From Moniliella sp. 'wahieum' (lineage: Eukaryota): 64,000 bases of DNA. The DNA lies in contig RSEE01000144.1 in the NCBI GenBank assembly GCA_003971905.1, forward strand, positions 62,001-126,000. Direction: 5' to 3'. How positions within the stretch are numbered: the stretch's first letter is position 1; every line of letters starts with the position of its first letter. A program made the position numbers and the translations under genes. The notes beneath the pieces were generated by a model, which worked only from the letters and a program-made list of their open reading frames with translations, was not told where the DNA came from and did no database searches. Positions 53,901-64,000 of the stretch are shown here, in pieces.

Positions 53901-54995
53901 ACGCGAAGGTGGCTTCAGAACATCTAGAAGAACGTTGGGACCTCGTGCAGGTGGGACGATGGAGCAAAAGCGGGGTGAGTGAAGACAGCCTTGGTCAATT
54001 TATAGTGTTTGTCAAACCCGACAGTCACGACCAAAAATGGGAGAGCTTCGCTCAGTGGGACTGGGTCGATGTGCACACCAAGGTAGTGGGCCGAGACGAG
54101 AGCAAAAATAAATGCACAAGTGCACGAAATCAAAACCGATGCACCTGAACAATACCGGAACGTTAGTCAGCTCGCCGACGAGGCGGAGACAGAGAAGAGG
54201 GCAACGTACCAAGCCAGAAGTGGAAGCCAAAGCGGCGCATCGATAAGAAAAGATTGACAAAGGTGGCATGCATAAAGATGTAGACACAAAGCATGAGAAA
54301 GATATCGGCAGAATCGGCGGCTCGGATCAGGTGGCCAAAGCGAGCGAAGAGAGCGCGAGAGGCGTAAGCGACCAAGCGAATCGAGTCAGCCTGGACTGTT
54401 ACGGCCGATGAGCGAAGCTGCTGCAGGGTGCGCCCTGCGCGTGTCCATGTAGTAGGGGACATTGCAGGGACAATGCGCCAGGTGTCGAAGGGAAGTGATA
54501 CGTTGGACGGGGTAGCGAGCTGCTGCAGAAGCTCCGTTTCTTGAGCAGAGTCGGCCGAGGCAAACGAGGGGGTCCAAGCCACCACAGGGGGGCTACCCGG
54601 CAGGACATAGGGCGTAGACAGGGAAGGCGCGGAAGGATGTTGGGCAGCGAACGACTGGGCGAGTTGAAGAAGGCTGGGTGCTGGAGCCTGCTGGGGCAGG
54701 GTGCCGATCGTGTCGACCCAGAAGACAGGACGCACCGCAGCGTCCGCAGAGGCGCTGGCGCCAGCACGTGACCAGCCAGAGGCCGAGTGTGTCCACACAG
54801 TGGGTGGCGCGAAGGAGGGGGCGGGCAGGCCGGCGGAGGCAGCCACGGCGTCGATCCAATGGGAGCGCGACAAGGCGAAGAGGAGGGAGAAGTAGGCGAG
54901 TGTTGCGACGATGGCAACGACGACGATGCTCTCGATGGGGTGCGGGTGGCCTGCCGGAGCAGGGCACGCGTCACACGCACCACGGGCGACAGCAT
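50942..54995 (-). CDS. HMG1: HMG-CoA reductase with N-terminal membrane/sterol-sensing domain
   Basis: [103 protein letters not shown]. Intron 54145-54209. Confidence 0.96.
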
Positions 54996-56287
54996 GAGAG
55001 ACGAAGCGCTCGAGGGCGACGGTGGATGCGGAGGCGAAGACCGCGACGAAAACGACGATGAAGACGCAAACGAAGACGAAGGAGATGGGCGATGGAGGGA
55101 CCTGTGGGCTGCGTTGGATGCAGATGGGCAGCGGTAGCTAGCTAGTGCACCCTGCCTGCCGATCACCAGGCCGCTCGGGGGCAGTGTAAGGGCGGAGCGG
55201 CTGCAGTGCTGCGTCACGCGTCACATGTCACATGTCACAGCAGACTGCAGCCGGCGCTTCGCTCCGGGTGGCGCGTGGCCGTGGCAACCGGGCGCAGCCA
55301 GGCGCCCGCCAGCCCATGCCACGTCTGCGCTCCCGCCGCAGCAGAGCGGCGCCACGCAGCCGTGTCTGCGCGGCTCCCCCACACTCGCCTCATGCTACCC
55401 CGCCCGTGTCCTGCCGGACGCTCCACATGCTGCACCAGAGCAGCGCCACCCTTCAGCTAAACCACGCTATATATGCCTGCCATCCATGTCCAGGCCAGCC
55501 CTCCTACACCCGGCGACAATCCACCCGCAACACCGTCTCTTTCTCGCAGGTGCGTCCACGCAGTGCTGCCGACGGCGAAATGATGCATCACGGGCTTTGA
55601 ACCAACATCGCCTTTGCTAGCCACAGCTCCTCTGCGTCCGGTCCACAGATCGTCGTTGACGCAGCAGTGCTCACCAAAAAGATAGAATGAGGTCCTGACA
55701 GGCGAAATAGATGAGTCAGTGCATGCGACGCTTGTGGGTAGTTGAGCTTTTCGGAACCTCCAGGCTACATCAGGCACAACACTATCTGCCCGATCCGTCC
55801 GTTACAGCCACGGTAAAAGAGCCAGAAGGAGACGTTGGGAGCTGGGACGGCTGGCTGCATCATCCAACTGGAGGATTCACCGGGAAGTGGGAGCAGCGAG
55901 CTGGTTTCCCTCCACCTCGTCCACAGGTGCCAGGCTACAAATCATACGCCACTATGGAACGAAAGTTGAGCGAAGCAGGCTGAGGTGCCCATGCGGGGAA
56001 GCCAGCCATGTGGAGGTTGTGATTGATATTGAGCGCCAATGGCAAATCACCGTGTGCGTAATTAATCACCGAGCCAGCATGGGAGGGGCATCAATATTCA
56101 CTAGGGTTGTTCCCTGGGCGCAATGCGATTTCCGCAGCGCCAGCACTGCCGCAGTTACTTTCGCAGTGTAGGCACGGCGCCGGTGTCCGACGCGGCTGCC
56201 CCGCCGAACGGCCGCTGGTGGCCGGGGGGGTGGCAGCTGGCAGCGTCGGTGACGGCCTCGCCACCAAGCAGCACCTTCTCCAACATC

Positions 56288-57404
56288 ATGGCCTCGCGTG
56301 CGACTGTCAGTGTCCGCGCTGCTGACGGCAGTGCCAGCGGCGCAAGCCTGCCGCTGCCCGCCGTTCTCACCGCTCCGATCCGCTCCGACGTGGTGCAGAT
56401 TACACCCAGGTGGCCAAGAACAAGCGCCAACCCTACGCCGTTTCCACCAAGGCTGGCCACCAGACCTCGGCCGAGTCGTGGGGCACCGGCCGTGCTCTGG
56501 CCCGTATCCCTCGTGTGGGCGGCTCGGGCACCCACCGTGCTGGCCAGCTGCGTTCGGTAACATGGCCCGTGGCGGTCACATGTTCGCTCCCACCAAGGTG
56601 TGGCGCCGCTGGTGGGTGAAGACGAACCAGAACCAGAAGCGTGTTGCGACTGCTTCGGCTCTGGCTGCGACCGCCGTGCCGTCCCTCGTTCTCGCCCGCG
56701 GCCACCGCGTTGAGCAGGTTGCCGAGGTCCCCTCGTTGTCCCCACCGAGGTCGAGTCCTACTCGAAGACCAAGGAGGCGGTTGCCCTCCTCAAGGCGCTC
56801 AACGCCTACGACGATGTGCTCAAGGTGTCCAACTCGCGCAAGATCCGCTGGCCAGGGCAAGCTGCGCAACCGTCGTCACGTGCAGCGCCGCGGCCCCCTC
56901 GTTGTGTACAACGAGGACAAGGGCATCTACCGCGCTTTCCGCAACCTGCCCGGTGTGGAGCTCGTGTCGGTTCACCGCCTTAACCTCCTCCAGCTCGCGC
57001 CCGGTGGTCACCTTGGCCGCTTTGTGATCTGGACCGAGGCCGCCTTCAAGCAGCTCGACTCGATCTTTGGCACCTACGATGCTGCCTCGGCGCAGAAGAA
57101 GGGCTTCGTCCTTCCCCGCGCCAAGATTACCAACACGGACGTGTCGCGTCTGCTAGCTTCGGAGGAGATCCAGGCTGTGCTTCGTCCGGCTGGCCCCAAG
57201 GCGACCAAGCGCCCCTTCACCCAGAAGAAGAACCCGCTACGCAACAAGTTCGTCATGGACCGTCTTAACCCGTACGCCAAGGTGCAGCGCAAGATCGAGG
57301 CTGACGTCCGCGCCGCCAAGGCTGCTGGCACCTACAAGCCCGCTGCCAAGCCGGCCAAGCTGGCGCTCAACCCCAAGTTCCTTGAGTTCCTCCACGCTCC
57401 TTAA
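56288..57404 (+). CDS. RPL4: 60S ribosomal protein uL4
   Basis: [68 protein letters not shown]...M.RLNPY. No intron seen. Indels present. Confidence 0.96.
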
Positions 57405-57817
57405 ATAGTCCCTGTGGTCTATTGATGCTCGTGGGGGGTGTCTCATGGAATGATGGGACAACCTGTGCCTCCCTTGTCTGTTGGATGATCGGCTGGCGCA
57501 CATGCCCATGGCCCTGGTGAGGCGATAATCAAGGCCTGAGCACATGCACATGCATATGTTGCACCCCCCCAAAATTGTCCCGACTTGGCTGTTCAGGGGC
57601 GTTGGCCACCCTTCTCTCGTGCCCATCCATAGACCCATACGTAACTTGCTGAGTGCGAGTGTTAGTGCAGCTTGAAGGAAGCTCGTCTAGGTGGCACACA
57701 GCCCTGGCCCATCCGGCACCATTACATAATAGCCCGTACTGTCTTACCGGTTACCGATGGATATTGGATTGTCTTGTTCTTCTGACCGGCAGCCCCACCT
57801 TCACTTCCATCACGGTC

Positions 57818-58775
57818 ATGGCTTCGGCGTCCAACTTTGACACGTGGCGGGACGCCTGTATCGGTATATTACAGCGCCCATGCCGCTCCAAGCCCATCTC
57901 AGTACCCATCACCTCCCTCCCCACCATCCTCTCCCGCACCGATGTGGTCGAAACCAACACCAGTGATGCGCCGACCATGGCCACCCCGGAAGAGGTCGAG
58001 GACTGGAGCAAGCATGTCGAAACCGAAGAGGAGTTTCAGCGAAGAATCCAGGTAGAGAAGTGGGGCGCGTCCCTTTTGGCCAATAGTTCGTTTGTATCCG
58101 ATTGTGTTTGTGTTTTTCGTCTCATCCGTTCTGACTTGACGGCATGGGTGCTCCCGACTCGTCCCGCCCCCGCACTGCGCTGAAACCAAGCCCGATGATT
58201 CGTTTCATGACCAAGCATCTTGCCGTGATTGGTTGCAACCCATTGGATGAAGCCGATGTGTCCCCATCCGCCATGCCCAAGATTGCCGTCGGTCCGTGCC
58301 CACCCACAATTGCCGGTGGCTTTTCTCCCGCCCCCGAGGGGCATCCCCCAGTGAGAGCGGTATCTTGATCTGCAGCAACCGGATTCAGACGAAGAAAACC
58401 TCGAAGACACGCTGGCGCACGAAATGGTGCACTGGTGGGACAACTGTCGCTTCAAGGTGGACTGGTCCGATCTACGTCAGCATGCCTGCTCAGAAGTACG
58501 GGCGGCGTCCTTGTCGGGCGACTGTCGTTGGGGCCGAGAAATGCGTCGGTTACACTTTGGTGTGATGAAACAGCACCAAGAATGTGCACGTCGCCGCGCT
58601 GTGCTGTCGATCATGGGAAATCCGGCGTGCAAGGGCGAGGACCACGCCAAGGAAATTGTGAATGATGTCTTTCAAAGTTGCTTTAACGACACGCGGCCCT
58701 TTGAGGAGGTTCGTTCCACCCTGACATTGGCTCTTCCTCTCTGTACTGACCACCGCGTTTGCCTAGATCTACTGA
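57818..58775 (+). CDS. ATP23: Mitochondrial inner-membrane metalloprotease Atp23
   Basis: [27 protein letters not shown] (HExxH), [29 protein letters not shown]. Introns about 58087-58190 and 58709-58766. Confidence 0.92.
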
Positions 58776-58875
58776 ACGCGTGTCTGCTATACCATCCCAT
58801 CTACACTGTTCGAGAGTCAAGACTAATACAAAAGGTATCGACCCTACACGATACAACAACCGAAACCAACAGACC

Positions 58876-61800
58876 CTAGTCCAGTGATCCCCGAGTGGGT
58901 GGCAACGAAATGTGATCATGCCGTAGGCTCTTCCGGCTCTGGTGGTCGGGAGGCGGTATACCACCACCTTCGACAGCCAACAAATCGTCCAACATTTTGG
59001 AGTGCTTCTTGGTTCGCTCCATCTCCTCGCGTGTTCGACGAATCTGGTGCTTAAGCTCCTTCTTGTAGTCAGGCCATTTTTCCGTCCCTTTGTGCGCTGC
59101 TCCAGGAAGGACGGGAAGAGCTTTGCTCAACTTGCGACTCAAGTTCCTTTACCCCTCTTTCCACTTGGCTTCTTCGTGCTCGTGACGGACCTGAGCTTCC
59201 TTCATCCGGTCTTCAGTCTCAGCCAGCTGGTGCTTTGCAACGGTCAACATGCTTTCCAAACTAGCTGGAGTGGTGGGCGATGAGTCGTATTCGGGCTTAA
59301 CACTCGTCCCATCGTCGCCATTCTCTGGGCCGACTTCATTGACCCGATTTGGATCTGCAGCTCGTTGTTAGCCGAGCGGAGAGCGTCCAGCTCAGCCTGT
59401 TTGGCTGCGATACGGTTGTGCCACAGACTCTGTTTGTCCTTAATCATCTCGATGGATGTCTCTAGCTGGTTGATCCGTGCAGTATTTGCGTCTTTTTGCC
59501 GATGTACCGTACTGGAGAACCGAAAAAGAGAAAACGAGTGAGAATCGAATGTAAGCAGGTGAGACCGAGTATATACCTTGGGGGGGAGGGAGCCCTACCT
59601 AAAACGATCTGTGATATTATCCTCGATACCCTTGATGCGTTGTTCGAACTGTACACGTATCTCGCTCACACTCTTCAGAAGAGTCATGATGCGCTCATTT
59701 AAGACGGGGAAGTTGGTAAATGCGTCGTCCTCGTGTGCATGCTGGCTCCATTCCGCGGGCCCCATGACACGACCCAGTTGCTGGTAGATGTGCATCAGCA
59801 ACACATCGCGTTCCTTGAGCTGCTGGGCAACTTGTTCACTGATTCGGCGTTGGTTACGCGTCTCATCTGCCCGAACTGTTTCCACACTTTCCAGTTTGGC
59901 CTGAGCCCGTCCGAATTCTTCTTGTGCCTTCAACAAGGCCCGGCTTTGCACGTCGAACCGTTCCGAGAAGCCTTTGCTCACTTGCTCTTCCGCCGACAAT
60001 TTACCTGCAAGTTCACAAAGCTTGGCCTTCTGCACGCACAAGAGAGTTAAAGAGAATAGATCAGTGAGATGCCACTCCCCGATCCAGTAAAGAAAAGAGA
60101 GAGAAGAAAGAAGCGTACCGCTTGGGTCCAACCTAGGTCTTTCTCCTTCACCAAGTCAGACTTCCGTTCCACTTCCTTGGTGCATTTCTCCAGCTCGCGC
60201 TCAAGCTCTGCAATTTTACTCTGGAGGCGATCGATCTCAAGATCCAACATGTGCTTCTCGGCGGCAAACGATTCTACATTGTGTGCTTGCAGCACTGCGA
60301 GTTCGGCTTGAAGCTGGTCCTGAACCTGTTGCTGCATCCGTGACTTGAGCTCCTCTAGCGCTTTGTCCAGCAATCTGCACTCATGCTCTTTTTCGACTGC
60401 TTTGACTCGATATTCGTCCTCACGTGCCTACGACTCGGCCTTGTATTCTTGCATCTTCGGGCAGCGGCACGCTGCTCACTGCCGAGACGCTCAATCGCAG
60501 TGGCCAAATCAGCTTTGACTGTACTCAACTCGGCACGCGTCTTCTGGGCCGTTTCAGCTTGGGCTTCCTCTTCGGCTTGATGTATCTCAATCTTGTTGTT
60601 GCTCTCGACCAAGCGATTGTCGAGGGTCGCATTGTTCTCTTGGGCAGTAGCGAGTCTAGCTCGGAGCGATTCGTTGAATAGCTCCGCTGATTGAAACTTG
60701 GCCTGGGCCCCCTCAACTCATGTTGCAGTCGCTCGATCTCTTCCCCTTGAGCATGGAGGCGAGCATCACGATCTTCAATCCAGATTTCCAGTTTTGCACT
60801 TGCCCCGACCTCTCGGCCATTTGACGGCTCGCCGTATCAAGGTCGATATCACGGTTGACCAGCTGGTCTTGCAGATGCTTGGCTTGGTTTTCCCAGTGAG
60901 CCGCCTCTGTCTCTGATTTTCTCAACTTTGTTTCCAGCATCTTCACCTCTTCTTCTTGCGCAAGTTGAAAGGCACGCGCCAGTTCAATGTCATTGTTGGC
61001 CTTGCGTTGATTATCCTCGATAGAAAACAAAAGTTGATCCCTGTACTGGTCCTTCTGCTCGCATTGGCGACGTAACCTTATGACTTCGTCATGCTCCCAC
61101 TTGACTTGTTCCTCCGCCTTGATCCGGAGTGTGTGAGCAACGTTCAGCTCGGTTCGCAATTGATCATAGGCTTCGTCGAATTGGGAAAGACGGGCTTGAG
61201 ATTAACATCAGCAGATGATCGCTGTTCTGTTGCTCTGAGCTCCAAGGCAGCAAGTCGTTCCTTCAACTCTTTATTTTGTTGGTTCAACAGGTCCTCTTGT
61301 TCCTCCCACCGACTCTGCAACGCCAACGCGAGTTCACGTTCCAGTTCCCCAACTTGAGCACGGGGGGCCTCTTCAATCTCCTGGTTGTGTTGCCGTGTCA
61401 AGTCTGATGAGGATTGTCTCTTATCCAAGCGGCAATTCGTGTCAGCCAGTTTGAGAGAGAGTTGATCCCGCTCCGCCTTGATCTGGGAAAGCTCCTTGGC
61501 ATGCTCTTTCTTGAGTTGGTCCAACAATTCCTGCGAATAAGAATCAACGAGAGAGAATTATTAACAAACGAGAACCAACAGGTTGATTAAAGAGATATAA
61601 TGAGAAAAGTATATGATAGTAATCAGGGAAAGAAGTGAGAAACACGTACCTCCTGTTGTTCTGGGGACTGGTGGGCCTTCGGCTTATCGCGTTCGGTCTT
61701 AAGGCACTTGATCTGACGATCACATAATGATATACTCTTTTTCATTTTCTCGTTCTGATTGCGCAGCTTGGCAATATGTTCTGTGCCTCAATGAGCTGGA

Positions 61801-62503
61801 TGACCACTTTCGGCTGTTCTTTATGTTGCTCAGTTGGCTGCGCAAGTGGAAAACCTCGCGCTTCAGATCACTATTTTGATTCCTCAGGGCTTCGATGTAT
61901 CCCTCAGTTCTCTTGAGACTCAAACCGTTGGTTGATTTGTGAGGCCGAAGAGCGTCCAGACATTGGGACTCATCCAGCGAACTGTCATTCCGGGGGATCT
62001 CGGCCGTTAGTGACGAGTAAAACGTGTTGAGAGATGAAGAGGATTCAGAGTCTTGGGCCACAAGCTGGCGTTGGACGTTAGACAATCCCGTCTCGACCAC
62101 TAATGTATGCGTGCCACTATCCCCTTCGATCACGCCTGGAAGGGTGAATGGTAACTTGGAAGCCATATTGCCTTCGTCGGTGGTGAGGCTGCTGATGGTG
62201 TGGATTTTCGCGTGAACCGTCCACGCTAATGGTAGGCGACAGAAGTGGTAATTGATTAGGAATTGGGGCGGGGGTGAAGACGAGGGGTGCGTTCATTGGT
62301 CTCGACGAGGAGACAGCGAGGGGGGTACCATCACCAATCTGGGTGTCGGTAACGTCAGAAGGAAGGGGGGATTCTGCCTCCTGGCATGGGACGGTCGTGG
62401 TGATGGCAATACGACTGCCAGGGGGGGTGCCCAAGTTGCTTGATGCACAGTGGCTGTGCTCCGCGTCGGCGTGGTCCGCCGAAACCAGGACAGGGGAGGG
62501 CAT
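58876..62503 (-). CDS. Mto1/ApsB/centrosomin-like coiled-coil microtubule-organiser protein
   Basis: CM1-like [27 protein letters not shown], a long coiled coil, and a C-terminal [10 protein letters not shown]...L..V..I...FE.R segment. At least three introns. Indels. Confidence 0.65.
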
Positions 62504-62961
62504 CGGACCTGATCCAGCACACAGGGGCTCGGAGAGTGGGGTGGTGGGAGGACGAAGGCAGACGCACAAGCGACCGAGGAGGAAGTGGGAACTGATGTGG
62601 CCAAGAACAGCCGAGAGCGAACGCGAGCAGCGGCTATACTAATTTAACCCAAAAACACACCCAACCCTCCCACTGCAAGACAGAGCGCTGGCGTTAATGC
62701 AGCCCCGTTGCACGTGACCACAGAGATGGGTCACATATACTACAACCTGCTGTAACCTGCTATAAAAACAGGTATGGCTACTATAGTTGTTCACTTGAGT
62801 TCGTTTTGTTTCGCACACACTGCATTAAGATCAAGTCGTGATGAACATCGCAACCAACGTAAACGCTAGAGAGAAAGGAGGGGGTAATAGCGACCGGTCC
62901 AGGTGGGTAAAAAAAGATGGGGTTGCAGCATCTCCACACATCAGCAAAAAAGAGCCGCCTC

Positions 62962-64000
62962 TCATGACCTGTGGTTCCACTGGCACGAGAAGGGCGTACT
63001 GGCCTCGTTGTGACGGTATGTGTCCCGCAGCTGAACCACCGAGCCATACATCCCTCCGACAAAGAAGAAGAATCCAAGAAGAATAAGGAAAGTGTTGAGG
63101 ATGCTCAGTGCGATGTTCTTGGCCGAGCTGTTCCAGGCGCCTTCGCGCAAGAGGTAGAACCAAATGAAGCCTGGCAAATAGAACGAGAAGCCGGACACAC
63201 AAATGGCAGAGATGATGCTAAGAATGAGGCTGAATGCCGGGATGGCCTCAGCAACCACCCAGCCAATCACGGTCAAGCCAAATACAATCGCCACCCACGC
63301 CCCAATTCCAAGAGGGGTCGAGATGTACTTGTGAGGCGTGTTTTTGAAGATGCGGTGATGCACATAACGGGCAGCTGCAACCGTGTTGATCGAGCCCGAC
63401 ACAAAGATGACGACCAAAGCAATACCAAATCCGACCCGACGAACAGTGTGGCTAGATGCCAGAAGCAGCAGGGGAAGGCACCCCCTTGCCCACGAAGGCG
63501 TAAATCAAGGCGCCAGTCAGAATGTAGATGATCCACTCCGCTGCCATCAGCAACGAAACCGACTAGCAGAGGCACCCGGGTCAGTATCCTGTGGCTAATG
63601 GAGGTAATGCCAAATCAGGGGAAGGGGGATGTTCATGTACCTTCATGTAGTCTTTACGGTTCTTGAGTTCGGTTTGGAACGAGGGTTGGTTGACTACAAA
63701 ACTGAAGGCAAAGGCGATGTTGACAACCGCCACAATTACTTCAGAAAATGGAGGGCTTGGGTTGGTCGGGGCGCCGACCCAGATATCAATTCCCTTACCA
63801 CCGTGGGAAGACACACCTGGTGTGGAGCAAAAACGAGAATCAGTAAAGAGATATACACTAGGACGCTGAATGAGTTTGGGAGAGGAAGAAAAGACGTACC
63901 AGTAGCAATGATGGTAATCAAGATGCTGGTGATGATGCTGATAAAGTCGGCCACGCCAAGCCAGGATTGCTCAGAAAAGGATCGGGGCAGGGCGAGGATA
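62962..64000 (-). CDS. Amino-acid/auxin permease family neutral amino-acid transporter (Mtr-like), 5' end outside window
   Basis: AVVNIAFAFSF...QPSFQTELKN.KDYMK, RVGFGIAL.VIFVSGSINT...ARY, WVVAEAIPAFS.ILSIISA, FSFYLPG..W. Multiple TM segments and introns. Confidence 0.85.

Overview
GC-rich, gene-dense eukaryotic (fungal) genomic DNA. It has short GT-AG introns with CTRAC/CTAAC branch sites. Histone H2B ([13 protein letters not shown]...FSSTK) and H4 (IYDETRG) point to a basidiomycete, probably Ustilaginomycotina (inference). I can support about 25 protein-coding genes plus one intron-containing tRNA. In order: Sec7-PH Arf GEF (partial), RRB1, ADE5,7, a contiguous H2B-H2A / H3-H4 histone quartet, Svp26-like, a duplicated-module zinc-finger protein, ARG2, SEC18, a GT90 glycosyltransferase, a CreA/Mig1-like factor, HEI10, an M16 peptidase, a hypothetical protein, a double CRAL-TRIO protein, NOSIP, RIO2, ERG9, tRNA(CAA), an unannotated 46-aa Zn-ribbon microprotein, HMG1, RPL4, ATP23, an Mto1/ApsB-like coiled-coil protein and an Mtr-type amino-acid permease (partial). 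Almost every long gene, including histones and RPL4, is broken by 1-2 nt deletions. This looks like uncorrected long-read error rather than pseudogenisation, so gene ends are approximate and single-base claims need read-level confirmation. The most interesting area is 46.4-55.3 kb. There, ERG9 and HMG1 flank a tRNA with a Leu (CAA) anticodon but a short class-I variable loop, and a spliced CxxC-CxxC microprotein gene preceded by a tandem GGCTCAG array. No transposon, CRISPR or rRNA evidence was seen.
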